Source: a phage. Taken from it: a stretch of 64,000 nucleotides of DNA. The stretch is taken from the sequence record PZ386955.1, one strand, 5' to 3'. Shown here piece after piece: positions 38,168-47,223 of this stretch. The notes below the pieces were generated by a model. It was not told the DNA's origin and searched no databases. It saw nothing but the letters and a program-made list of their open reading frames with translations. Each line of letters starts with the position of its first letter. The stretch's first letter is position 1. A program made the translations under genes and the position numbers.

Positions 38168-38650
38168 TTAACCACCCAATTGCAAATGTTTAGAAAGAAC
38201 AATATCCCACTGATCACCACAACCGTTATCTATGCGGAACATAATGTACGTATCATCTTCTTCTACGACATATAATACTTCATAGGAATTACAACAGCCT
38301 TCCCAATTTTTAACAGCCTCTGGTGTATCATGTGTAAAAATTTCATTACCATCATATGACCAAAACAAAGGGGTAAGGTTTTCGAAGGTCAGTGAAGTAG
38401 GGTTTACTTCATCTTTAACTGCTTCCTCATATTCTTTATGCGTTTGTACTGCTTTAGTTAGTGTACTCATGTCTATCTCCTTTTCTCCTTCTTGACTATG
38501 GAGGATAGCAAACTCTCTAAACTCCACTTCACGCCACGTTTTTAGGTAGTGCTTTATAATTTTATCAACATCTGCCTGTTCAACATTACTTTTCAAGCAA
38601 TAGTAATCATGGTCTTCGCCCATTCTACCCCATATGCTATACATTGTCAT
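38168..38650 (-). CDS. hypothetical protein
   Basis: 160-aa ORF. Confidence 0.45.
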   Translation of the reverse strand: MTMYSIWGRMGEDHDYYCLKSNVEQADVDKIIKHYLKTWREVEFREFAILHSQEGEKEIDMSTLTKAVQTHKEYEEAVKDEVNPTSLTFENLTPLFWSYDGNEIFTHDTPEAVKNWEGCCNSYEVLYVVEEDDTYIMFRIDNGCGDQWDIVLSKHLQLGG

Positions 38651-38918
38651 CTGATTGATCCTTTACATTGTTCTTGGCATACACAGGAATAACATCATTA
38701 TGATCTTTATTACTTTCATCTGTTAAAGCCCAAAACAACTTACCTGCTGGATGTTTAAAGATGTAAGCAATAGGTTCCTCTTCCTGGGCTTCTTTGCTAC
38801 GGATACCATCCCGCCAGGCAAGCCAAGTGTAGATCATCACTTCTTGACGTTCTTCTTCGTTAGGCCACATATGTGATGGAAAGTTTTTATCAAACCATTG
38901 CTTAAATTCTTCAGTCAT
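38637..38918 (-). CDS. hypothetical protein
   Basis: 93-aa ORF. Confidence 0.45.
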   Translation of the reverse strand: MTEEFKQWFDKNFPSHMWPNEEERQEVMIYTWLAWRDGIRSKEAQEEEPIAYIFKHPAGKLFWALTDESNKDHNDVIPVYAKNNVKDQSDDNV

Positions 38919-39153
38919 AGTCTACTCCTTAGCGTACAAAGTTAACTTCTGCTTCTTTCAGCTTTGACACTTCTACATAACCACCATGATCATCTTTAAT
39001 CCATTCTTTTCCTTTACGGATGATAACAGGATATGTAGAGTGAGTAAGTTTAGGTACAGATCTTTTTGTTTTAGTGATAGAAATGTTTTGCATAGTAGTC
39101 TCCTTAGTAAATTTTACATAGAGTCTAGATTATTTAGTAGATAGAGTCAATAA

Positions 39154-39420
39154 CTAATTACTGTTAGATCTGTATTCTGTCTTCCATTCACAATGGTAAA
39201 CTTCAACAGGTTCTAACTTCCAATGTTCAGGAACTAATTCAGGGCAATATCTACAAAAGAGAAATAGATAGATAACTAAGACAGGTATTAAATAGTAAAA
39301 TGGTATACGATCATAACCATACTTACGAGATAACATGTAGACATATAGATAGGGTATAACAATTAATCCTATAACTATAAGTAAGAAGAGAAGTATAAAC
39401 CTTAGTGTAGTAACATCCAT
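39154..39420 (-). CDS. small membrane protein
   Basis: Two hydrophobic helices. Confidence 0.45.
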   Translation of the reverse strand: MDVTTLRFILLFLLIVIGLIVIPYLYVYMLSRKYGYDRIPFYYLIPVLVIYLFLFCRYCPELVPEHWKLEPVEVYHCEWKTEYRSNSN

Positions 39421-39583
39421 AGTATTCTCCTATACAGTAATATACTCTGTTCCTGCCCCTCCATGAGTGACAGGAACAATATCTATAGAGAATACTAACT
39501 CGCTTCGCTCGTCACCTTTCAGGTTTAGGGTAGCATGTTTTTCTGAAAAAGTCAATACTCTCCACAAAACTTTACAAAATACT

Positions 39584-39856
39584 TTACATAGGTACAACAG
39601 AGTCTGTTTTGAAGTCGTACATATGATTTACACCTGTGATTTTTGACATAGAGATTGCACGTTTAGCACCTGCAATTACCTGGTCTGTCTTCTTAATCTC
39701 TTCACGGAACTTACGTACAGTTAAAGAGAAGAAACGATGATCCATCCATTGACGATTCACACGATCACGCTTGAAGTGACGGAAATCTTCAATCTGTTTA
39801 TTGCGCAATCGGCGCAGTACATGCAATAGTTGATAGTAAGGGTGTTTATTTTTCAT
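39584..39856 (-). CDS. hypothetical basic protein
   Basis: 90-aa ORF. Confidence 0.45.
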   Translation of the reverse strand: MKNKHPYYQLLHVLRRLRNKQIEDFRHFKRDRVNRQWMDHRFFSLTVRKFREEIKKTDQVIAGAKRAISMSKITGVNHMYDFKTDSVVPM

Positions 39857-39859
39857 AAT

Positions 39860-40288
39860 TTATTCTCCAAATCGAAAATCGTCAATATCATCAAACCATA
39901 CACAATGGCGAGTCCTTTCTTTTTCTGTTGCAGACATTGTTTCAACAGCTTTAGGACTAAGCACAACAGGAATGTAACGAACAGGTCGTTCATAATAGTA
40001 GCCATACTTTTCTGTATTAGCTGCCTCAAAGACTTTACGGCGTTCTTCAAGATCTTCTATGGTGAATCCTACCATATAACCATCATGTTTGCTACCCCAT
40101 CCTTCCTCACTTTCAACAATCGGGATATAAAAGCCGTTACGCGTCCCTGACGCTGGTTTTTCTTGAGCCTGAAGGCAAGCCTCCCATCCTGCTTTAAAGA
40201 CGTTATAGAGCGATTTACGCACGTTATGAGTGCCGCTTTCGCTTGCTGGATAGAGTTCATTAAATTTGTCTTGAATTTGTTGTGTCAT
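39860..40288 (-). CDS. hypothetical protein
   Basis: 142-aa ORF. Confidence 0.45.
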   Translation of the reverse strand: MTQQIQDKFNELYPASESGTHNVRKSLYNVFKAGWEACLQAQEKPASGTRNGFYIPIVESEEGWGSKHDGYMVGFTIEDLEERRKVFEAANTEKYGYYYERPVRYIPVVLSPKAVETMSATEKERTRHCVWFDDIDDFRFGE

Positions 40289-40431
40289 ACTCGCCCCTTA
40301 GTGATTATTTGACCAACTAAACAAATAGCTTGTAGTACAATAAAGAAGTAGCCTAATTTTACACTACCCAATACCCAGAATGCAATGTTTGCAAACAAAC
40401 AAAAAGCAATATTAAGTCTAAAGAATAACAT

Positions 40432-40632
40432 TTAATCCCCTTCATATTTAGGTAAAGGCATATATGCCACAATAGGAGGGTAATCAAAGTGAAAATGATG
40501 GTTCACCACAATAATCTTACCAGACATACTTTTATGCACTTCACAATACCCTTTTTCACCATCTTCCATTACCACCACATACTCACCTAGTGGGATATCG
40601 TATGGATCTTCTACTTTTACCCATTCTGTCAT
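40432..40632 (-). CDS. hypothetical protein
   Basis: 66-aa ORF. Confidence 0.4.
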   Translation of the reverse strand: MTEWVKVEDPYDIPLGEYVVVMEDGEKGYCEVHKSMSGKIIVVNHHFHFDYPPIVAYMPLPKYEGD

Positions 40633-40898
40633 TTTGGAAACACCTCTTGTCCATCTTCATGCATTTGTAGTAAAGTTTCACAGATTTCATACACATCTTG
40701 GTATGTTACAACTGAGAGATCAGAGTCTTGATCTTCGACAAGCATAGCACAAAGAGCTTTAATATCAATACCTTTACAATGTTCCGTAGCTATACGGTAC
40801 ATTTCACCATCCTCCCAAACAATTGGTTGCGGAAGCAAAACGTCTGTACCATCTTCACAAGTTACAATGTAATCTGCAATATTATCACGAATTTTCAT
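40629..40898 (-). CDS. hypothetical protein
   Basis: 89-aa ORF, overlapping stop/start with neighbours. Confidence 0.4.
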   Translation of the reverse strand: MKIRDNIADYIVTCEDGTDVLLPQPIVWEDGEMYRIATEHCKGIDIKALCAMLVEDQDSDLSVVTYQDVYEICETLLQMHEDGQEVFPK

Positions 40899-41152
40899 TG
40901 TACTACCCCCTTAAATCCAGATGTGCTGCCAGTTTTAACTTTTGCTTTAAGATGTTCCAACTCTACCATAGGTGTTGCTACTTGTATAGGATTTTCCTCA
41001 ACCTGATGAATATAATATTCATAATAAGCATACTTACCAATAGAGTGCAGATACTTAATTGCATGTTCAGGCGAATCTGCTTCGACATACCCTAAATCTT
41101 TTGTGGTACGACCTTCGCAATCACCTTCGGTAGTTACATGATAAAGTGTCAT
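40895..41152 (-). CDS. hypothetical protein
   Basis: 85-aa ORF. Confidence 0.4.
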   Translation of the reverse strand: MTLYHVTTEGDCEGRTTKDLGYVEADSPEHAIKYLHSIGKYAYYEYYIHQVEENPIQVATPMVELEHLKAKVKTGSTSGFKGVVQ

Positions 41153-41281
41153 AAAACCTCCTCATAGTAGGGTAAAGCCTTAATCAGTTGTTCTGAAGTG
41201 CCATTTTGCACCCACGTAACACCATTGTCAACAGAAACATACCCTTTTTTGTCAATAAATTTACGCAGACAGCCAGTGAAC

Positions 41282-41461
41282 TTATTTTTGTAGATCATTT
41301 CTTCTTTCCTTTTTGATTACAGCCCCATCACTCCCTTGCCAAACTTCCGATCTGAATTCCATCTCAAACCACTCACCACCGCAAAAACGGTTATGTTCAA
41401 CACGTCTATCTTCCTTCATTGCTTCTTTAGCTTCGATAGAAGTTAGTTCGATGTTTTGCAT
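41282..41461 (-). CDS. hypothetical protein (first gene of leftward block)
   Basis: Start reassigned to ATG 41461 with GGAGAAAAACAAA SD. Confidence 0.35.
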   Translation of the reverse strand: MQNIELTSIEAKEAMKEDRRVEHNRFCGGEWFEMEFRSEVWQGSDGAVIKKERRNDLQK

Positions 41462-41579
41462 TTGTTTTTCTCCTTTCATTTGGTATGCGCTAATCTTAAC
41501 AAAATAAAAATGTATGTCAATACTTGATTTGAAATTAGTTTCTGGTACTCTGTGGGTATCGTAACAAAAGAGGTTAGAT

Positions 41580-41870
41580 ATGAACATCACACTAGCAACT
41601 AAGAATATTACAGAAACTTTTGATGGTTTTGGCATTATTATTGCTGTTCATGGGCATAACGAAAAATGGTTAGCCTCTTTTGAAGAGGACAAAGAACGCA
41701 ATGTACGTTTGAATGCACCAATCAAAGTTTTACACCAGGTAGGTGAGAATAAGAAACAATGGAGATCATACAAAGAGTGGAACATTACGAACGAGTTAAT
41801 ACACAAACTTGACAAAGTGATAAACATGTTCGACAATGCACCAAGCAGTGCAAAACGTGTTTTACTATAA
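41580..41870 (+). CDS. hypothetical protein
   Basis: AAAGAGG SD. Confidence 0.45.
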   Translation: MNITLATKNITETFDGFGIIIAVHGHNEKWLASFEEDKERNVRLNAPIKVLHQVGENKKQWRSYKEWNITNELIHKLDKVINMFDNAPSSAKRVLL

Positions 41871-41881
41871 AGGAGAGTGAT

Positions 41882-42235
41882 ATGAAAATTGTACACGATG
41901 AAATTCAATTTGAAGAGAGTGATCTTCTTGATCTGGATGTGACACTAAGTAAACTGATCTACAACGCACTTTCTGCATATCGTGCAAAAGTGATAGCCAC
42001 AAACAATGTTAAAATTCCTAGTGGGTTACTTCGTCGGATGTACCCACACGCTAAAGGTGACTATCTACCTTATATGGAAGAACGAGCAGCAGAACACTGG
42101 TTAGAAATTCTTGAAAAAATGGAGTCCTCTTTTAAAGATTCAACTCCACCTGAAGAAGTTAATGAAAAACAACGGCAAGAGCGTTTAGAAGGTCGTATTT
42201 TGTTTGCTAAGTATTTCCATAATTTGTGGAGCTAA
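41882..42235 (+). CDS. hypothetical protein
   Basis: AAAGGAGAG SD. Confidence 0.45.
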   Translation: MKIVHDEIQFEESDLLDLDVTLSKLIYNALSAYRAKVIATNNVKIPSGLLRRMYPHAKGDYLPYMEERAAEHWLEILEKMESSFKDSTPPEEVNEKQRQERLEGRILFAKYFHNLWS

Positions 42236-42333
42236 ACATATCTGGTAAAATCACTTATATGTTCTTAGTATACTTGTGTAAAGAAGTTATCTAACAGGTG
42301 TTGAGTGGACTATTAAATTAGGAGGGCTTTAAT

Positions 42334-42672
42334 ATGTTTAGTAAAGAAATGAGAGAAGTAATTGCCACTTTGGTAGTTGATCATGGTGTTGAAGTTGAGC
42401 GTCACGTTTGGAACGATGAACCTCCTTTCTTCGATTTGGCATCACGAGCTAAAAGTCATATGCACCTGCTGGAAGACGGTAATGAGTTTGTTCTCCGTAT
42501 GCGTTATGATCGAGAGTTTCGAATTCCGCTTGACACTGAACCAGATGGTGTAGTAATGTGGTTGGCAGAACATTTCGCATACGATGCACTACATGGAAGA
42601 AGTTTTGGTAATGAGCGTTGGGATGCCATTTGTCGTAAGCATAATATTGAACCAGAGTACGGGAGTATGTAA
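42334..42672 (+). CDS. hypothetical protein
   Basis: AGGAGGG SD. Confidence 0.45.
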   Translation: MFSKEMREVIATLVVDHGVEVERHVWNDEPPFFDLASRAKSHMHLLEDGNEFVLRMRYDREFRIPLDTEPDGVVMWLAEHFAYDALHGRSFGNERWDAICRKHNIEPEYGSM

Positions 42673-42923
42673 TGTTAAGTATCAAACCTAAAATGATAAC
42701 AGAAGACGAAGCAGACTTTATTTTCAAATGTGGACGTGTATGGAGAGAATTCACAAAAGGAAATGAAGTGGTGGTTGTTGTTGAACACAAGATATCTATC
42801 CAGGATCTGTTTGGACAATATATTGATGTTATTAAATTAGGTATTGACAAGGGTTTAGTTGAGGTGTTAACATTAGATCAAGTTGAAGCAGAGCACCTCG
42901 ATAAAGTGGTGGTTGAATTTTAA
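42672..42923 (+). CDS. hypothetical protein
   Basis: GGGAG SD; start overlaps upstream stop. Confidence 0.45.
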   Translation: MLSIKPKMITEDEADFIFKCGRVWREFTKGNEVVVVVEHKISIQDLFGQYIDVIKLGIDKGLVEVLTLDQVEAEHLDKVVVEF

Positions 42924-42943
42924 AATACAGACGGGAGAAAGGT

Positions 42944-43117
42944 ATGAGTTTCTTTGTTACAGTATTTATGGCTATCTGGATTGTAGTCTCACTCGTTCTT
43001 TTCCTGGTGGGTTGTCTGGAAGAGATTAAGAAAGCGGTTATTTGCGGTTTCTTTGGCTTTATTATCTCTCCTGCCTGGATGTGGTTCTTCATTATGATTG
43101 GTTTCCTTAAAAGGTAA
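42944..43117 (+). CDS. small membrane protein
   Basis: 57 aa, two hydrophobic segments, GGGAGAAAGG SD; below ORF-track size cut-off. Confidence 0.35.
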   Translation: MSFFVTVFMAIWIVVSLVLFLVGCLEEIKKAVICGFFGFIISPAWMWFFIMIGFLKR

Positions 43118-43131
43118 GTGAGGAATAAAGA

Positions 43132-43569
43132 ATGAGTAAAACAAACGTAATCGCAGATAAAGCAACGGATGTACTTCTGAACATGGTTAACGTCACTATT
43201 CAAACAATGAGTGATGTTGTAGAGTTTGGAAAACAACAAATTCCAGAAGTAATCCATCAATTATTAGTGTGGAAAGCAGTATCCGCAGGTTTATGGCAAC
43301 TTTTTAGTATTTGCTTTATGTTTATTACTTTTATTGCTGTGCGGAACCTCGTAAAAGCAATTAAAGATAAAGAATGCCTGTGGTCACGAGATCGCTATGG
43401 TGAAGTATCTGCTTTACCTATTGTTGGTCTTGTTGTCTGTGCTTTCTTTTTCTTTTTAGGATTTGTTATTTTCTTTTCGAATTTTGATTGGCTAAAAATC
43501 ATTATTGCACCAAAAGTGTATCTGATTGAATTTGCTGCTGATTTAATTCGTTCATCTCAACAAAAATAA
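43132..43569 (+). CDS. membrane protein
   Basis: 145 aa, multiple hydrophobic segments. Confidence 0.45.
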   Translation: MSKTNVIADKATDVLLNMVNVTIQTMSDVVEFGKQQIPEVIHQLLVWKAVSAGLWQLFSICFMFITFIAVRNLVKAIKDKECLWSRDRYGEVSALPIVGLVVCAFFFFLGFVIFFSNFDWLKIIIAPKVYLIEFAADLIRSSQQK

Positions 43570-43580
43570 AAGGGGTTAAA

Positions 43581-45191
43581 ATGAAATACACGATTTATGG
43601 TGATATTGTAAGTGTAAATAAAGATATGGGCGTGGAATCTAACTATCTTCCACCTGGATTCTATACTGTTAGTCGTGATCCCCTTGGCAATTATTTTTTA
43701 AGCCGTGGTAATCTAACAGGTGTACCGGATGTTCTGTATGGTGAAACAGAAAAACGAGCAAATCACGTTATCCGTACATTCCATCGCCGGAGTGCACAAG
43801 GTAAAAATACAGGCTTGCTTCTGACAGGAACTAAGGGTAGTGGTAAAACTATGTTAGCCAAACTCATTAGTCGTGATCTTGTAGAAGAAGGTATTCCAAC
43901 TATTATGGTTACTCAAGCCTACAGTGATGCTAATTTCATTGAACTTATTAGCAAGATCACCGACAAAGCAGTGATTATTTTTGACGAGTTTGATAAAGTA
44001 TATGAGAAGAAACAAGATCAAGAAGCACTTCTCACTTTGTTAGATGGTACTGGCAGTGGTAATAAACTGTTTATTCTAACTAAAAACAGTGGCTTTATCT
44101 CTGAATTCTTTCTAAATCGTCCTAGTCGTGTGTTTTATAATTTTAATTATGATAAAATCTCACTAGAAACTATGATTGACTATTTAGATAAAAACCTGGA
44201 TAACAAAGCACACTTTGATAATTTCCAAAGACTTTGGGATGTAAGTTTAGAGTTGTCCTTTGATGTGATCCAAGGTATAGTAGAAGAACTTAATTTCTAC
44301 CCTGATTTATCCTTTAAAGAATGCATCTCTATGATGGGCGTTTCTTTGGGTGGTGGTAATAAATGGGATACTACAAGTATTAACAATTTTAAACGTGGTA
44401 GCGGTTGTCCACAATGTAAGAGGGAGAGACAAACAATGTCCGACGATCAACATATTGCAGATTTCTTTTCTACAGGGGAATTTAAGGAAGGCACTATCTT
44501 CACCAATACAGGGAAACGTAACAAGCGTGATGCAGTATGGATGGTTGAGTGTCCTGTTTGCTCCCATGATGAATATGTTCAAGCAGGTGTTTGTGATGGT
44601 AAATTTTACTCTGCAGGACATAACCTTAAACAAGGGTATATTCCGTGTCGTTGTGGGAACTATCAGTATACAGAAGACCAGATCACCTATAGGGTAAAAA
44701 AGGAAGTAGAAGGGAAAGGGTATGTCTGGGTAGATTGGATTACCAAACCCTCTTCTATAGGTAAGTTTAAATATCTTTGTCTTGTGCATGGTGAGCAGAT
44801 AGGGAGTGCTCGTAATTTATTAAGCCTCGGTCAAGGTTGTCCACAGTGTGCTGGTCATAATCAACAGCAATTATATATTAATATTGTTAAAGATAATGAT
44901 ATTATAGTTGCTCTTAAGTTTGGTATATCTAAAGATAGCGATAGACGATTAAACGGTCAAAATAGCCGTAATCTGTTTTTTATGGAGCGTATTTGTTTAT
45001 ATGATTTTAGCACAGTGAAACAATGTAGGGCTGCTGAAAGAGCTATAAAGAAAAAATTAAAAACTGGTATTTTAACGGCAAGAGAGTTGAAAGATGGTTA
45101 TACAGAAACAGTAAGTGTTTCTGATTTGGAAAATCTTCAAAAAATTATTACACAATATGGTGGCAAATTAGTATACAGTAAGGAGATGTAA
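43581..45191 (+). CDS. AAA+ ATPase fused to zinc-ribbon repeats and a C-terminal GIY-YIG/T5orf172-like domain, paralogue B
   Basis: Walker A GTKGSGKT, Walker B IIFDEFDK, LLTLLDG; then GCPQC, CPVCSHDE, CRCG, GCPQCAGH; C-terminus IVALKFGISKDSDRRL. Confidence 0.6.
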   Translation: MKYTIYGDIVSVNKDMGVESNYLPPGFYTVSRDPLGNYFLSRGNLTGVPDVLYGETEKRANHVIRTFHRRSAQGKNTGLLLTGTKGSGKTMLAKLISRDLVEEGIPTIMVTQAYSDANFIELISKITDKAVIIFDEFDKVYEKKQDQEALLTLLDGTGSGNKLFILTKNSGFISEFFLNRPSRVFYNFNYDKISLETMIDYLDKNLDNKAHFDNFQRLWDVSLELSFDVIQGIVEELNFYPDLSFKECISMMGVSLGGGNKWDTTSINNFKRGSGCPQCKRERQTMSDDQHIADFFSTGEFKEGTIFTNTGKRNKRDAVWMVECPVCSHDEYVQAGVCDGKFYSAGHNLKQGYIPCRCGNYQYTEDQITYRVKKEVEGKGYVWVDWITKPSSIGKFKYLCLVHGEQIGSARNLLSLGQGCPQCAGHNQQQLYINIVKDNDIIVALKFGISKDSDRRLNGQNSRNLFFMERICLYDFSTVKQCRAAERAIKKKLKTGILTARELKDGYTETVSVSDLENLQKIITQYGGKLVYSKEM

Positions 45192-45743
45192 ATGCGGATT
45201 ACTGATAAGTATGTGTTCTTCTTCTCGGCAAAAGATGAATTTAGCAACTGGTATCTATCATCTTTTATTGAACCTTTAGCTCCCAAGTATAATAATTCTA
45301 TTACAAGTTCTGTTGAATTTACTTGTGTGGAACAATATATGATGTGGAGAAAAGCATGTTTGTTTTATGATTACAACATTGCATCTTCTATTTTAACCGG
45401 AGATCTAAGATATACAGGAGAAAAAGAACAGGCATATTATAAGCGACTAGGCAGATTAGTTAAAGATTATGATGAAGATACCTGGGCTTCTTTACGGGAG
45501 AAGATTGTCAAGCGTGGTTTGTATCTTAAATACACACAAAATGAAGATCTCAAAAATAAACTTATAGCTTACGCAGATAAGGAGTTTGTAGAGGCAAGTC
45601 CTTATGATTCTATTTATGGTATCAAAATGGGGATGTGGGATCGGGACGTGGAAAATAAGGATTGTTGGAAAGGACAAAATCTTTTAGGAAAATGGCATAC
45701 AGACCTTGCTGTTTATCTAAAATCACAATCTGATATTTCCTGA
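45192..45743 (+). CDS. NADAR-family protein (YbiA-like ADP-ribose N-glycosidase fold)
   Basis: Blocks FFFSAKDEFSNW, FTCVEQYMMWRKACLFYD, EASPYDSIYGIKMG match E. coli YbiA/NADAR blocks; start overlaps stop of upstream ATPase gene. Confidence 0.8.
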   Translation: MRITDKYVFFFSAKDEFSNWYLSSFIEPLAPKYNNSITSSVEFTCVEQYMMWRKACLFYDYNIASSILTGDLRYTGEKEQAYYKRLGRLVKDYDEDTWASLREKIVKRGLYLKYTQNEDLKNKLIAYADKEFVEASPYDSIYGIKMGMWDRDVENKDCWKGQNLLGKWHTDLAVYLKSQSDIS

Positions 45744-45960
45744 TATTTTGAAAATTTTTACTTTTATAAAAAGGGGTGTGGGTTTCATGTACGGAAATCC
45801 ACCCTCTGAATAATATATCCAGAGTAAATATTATTCTGTACTCTGTTAATAAAGTATTTAATTTGTTTGTTGGACTATGGTATCTGATCTTTAAAAGGCA
45901 TACTATCTCTTAACTACTATTTATAACAGAACAGTAAAATCATTTTTATAAAAAGGACAA

Positions 45961-46160
45961 AATTATTTAAAGTTTTTACAGATTTTTGGATACAAATTTT
46001 GAAAATGAAAAGTTCAAGTTTGGTCAAAATTATTTAAAGTTTTTGTACGTATTTCTATCCAGATTTTGAAAATGAAAACTTCAATTTTTTAAAAATTCCC
46101 CAGTTTATTTAAAGTTTTTTTGCCTTTTTCCGTAGAAAAATCAAAAATGAAAAGTTCAAT
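45961..46160. repeat. three tandem ~65-75-bp direct repeats
   Basis: Each unit has ATTATTTAAAGTTTTT then TTTGAAAATGAAAAGTTCAA (internal TTGAA/TTCAA inverted repeat). Confidence 0.7.
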
Positions 46161-46183
46161 TTCGTGTTTTTATAGGTGTGTGT

Positions 46184-46198
46184 ATGATAATCATTCTC
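46184..46198. promoter_or_regulatory. Fur-box-like palindrome within palindromic cluster
   Basis: ATGATAATCATTCTC vs Fur consensus ATGATAATCATTATC; followed by TCATTCTCAGTAAGAGAATGA and GAGAATTTTTCTC palindromes to 46250. Confidence 0.4.
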
Positions 46199-46477
46199 AG
46201 TAAGAGAATGAGAATCGTTAGCAAATGAGAATTTTTCTCATTTAGAGAATAACGCGCAGGGGTGGTGTTTGTCTCGCGCTCCCGTGTCCCCTCGCCATAC
46301 AATAAGAATAGCATAACCAACAACAAAAGCAAGCGATTATTTCTATCTTTACATTTCTTTACAAATTTATTTTAGACGAGCTACCGGCGATCAACCTTCC
46401 AACCAGTAGTGCCCTGGTATGTTAGCCCCGCCTTTACGCCGTGGGGGTGGCGCTTCCTCTTCTGTATGTAAAACAGT

Positions 46478-46500
46478 ATAAGCCCGATCCCTGGGCTTGT
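46478..46500 (-). terminator. possible rho-independent terminator
   Basis: Hairpin AAGCCCAGGGATCGGGCTT downstream of minus-strand ORF. Confidence 0.4.
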
Positions 46501-46505
46501 CAAGA

Positions 46506-46772
46506 TTATTTTTTGTTTTCTTGCCAGGATAGGACACCTAACCAAAAATACATGTCGCCCCGCGCCCCTGGCGGGATCTTGCTTTCCCCGCCGCCACTGC
46601 AAGCCCATAGATAACCATTTGCGAACGTATCAAAATGATCTATCTCTTCCACCTTATGATCGCCCAGGTTGAGAACGGTTTCAACCTTTAAGCCCGTTGC
46701 GCTTGCTACCTGGTGCACCGTGCCGCCTTGCCAGCCCAATGAGTGCATAAGGTGTAAAGTAGTATTTGTCAT
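46506..46772 (-). CDS. hypothetical protein encoded in GC-rich island
   Basis: 88-aa ORF with AAGGG SD, own promoter and terminator; GC-rich codon usage. Confidence 0.4.
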   Translation of the reverse strand: MTNTTLHLMHSLGWQGGTVHQVASATGLKVETVLNLGDHKVEEIDHFDTFANGYLWACSGGGESKIPPGARGDMYFWLGVLSWQENKK

Positions 46773-46819
46773 GGTATCGCCCTTTCTTTGATGTGCGCCC
46801 TGGTTGGCGCGGTAGAAAG

Positions 46820-46848
46820 ATAATAGCCCTTTCCTTTATAGATAGCAA
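46820..46848 (-). promoter_or_regulatory. sigma70-type promoter (leftward)
   Basis: TTGCTA-N17-TATTAT on minus strand. Confidence 0.5.
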
Positions 46849-46883
46849 GCAAAAAAGAAATGAAAAAAGATTAAAAAAGGGGG

Positions 46884-46912
46884 TTGACGTTCCTCACCTG
46901 GTAGCGTATTAT
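46884..46912 (+). promoter_or_regulatory. sigma70-type promoter (rightward), divergent from previous
   Basis: TTGACG-N17-TATTAT; leader contains start-stop minicistron AAGGAGGGCGCA-ATG-TAG. Confidence 0.55.
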
Positions 46913-47039
46913 TCATCTTGTCGAGGGGGGCGAGGCACAACGACAATAAACAAAAGGAGGGCGCAATGTAGGACGGGCAAAGGTGAGGATCTCCATAATC
47001 CACCGTCACAATAACATTACTTATAAAAGGTTGATAACG

Positions 47040-47135
47040 ATGATCAAGAAAGAAAACAGCTTGACGGTTGGAACGATTAACGCTATCATTCTAGCCGTTC
47101 CATTTTGGATTGTAGTAGCGGTTATTATCTTTTAA
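47040..47135 (+). CDS. 31-aa hydrophobic peptide (type I toxin-like / small membrane protein)
   Basis: MIKKENSLTVGTINAIILAVPFWIVVAVIIF; SD AAAAGG; downstream of long leader. Confidence 0.3.
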   Translation: MIKKENSLTVGTINAIILAVPFWIVVAVIIF

Positions 47136-47143
47136 AAATATTC

Positions 47144-47201
47144 TTGACAACGTTTTTTAATCTGATAAGATGTATCACATAGGGCGGCAATAGTGCCGCT
47201 C
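47144..47201 (+). promoter_or_regulatory. early promoter + GC hairpin cassette
   Basis: TTGACA-N16-TAAGAT then GGGCGGCAATAGTGCCGC hairpin, ~25 nt before ATG. Confidence 0.6.
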
Positions 47202-47223
47202 ATAACAGAAGAGAGAAATAATC

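Larger units (their letters stand above)
46380..47035. other. GC-rich compositional island
   Basis: Runs such as CCCCGCGCCCCTGGCGGG and GCCGCCACTGC contrast with AT-rich flanks (by eye). Confidence 0.5.

Noticed and set aside
45961-46160. Possible CRISPR array
   Set aside because: Only three units, extremely AT-rich, the inter-repeat segments are themselves related, and no cas genes are nearby.
46381-46608. 75-aa minus-strand ORF in the GC-rich island
   Set aside because: Overlaps the better-supported 46506-46772 ORF and its terminator hairpin; GC-rich DNA generates long open frames by chance.
45750-47040. tRNA genes in non-coding regions (also checked 57233-58893)
   Set aside because: No cloverleaf-compatible GC-rich stems or T-loop GTTCGAATC-like motifs found by eye; a tRNA scanning program would be needed to exclude them formally.
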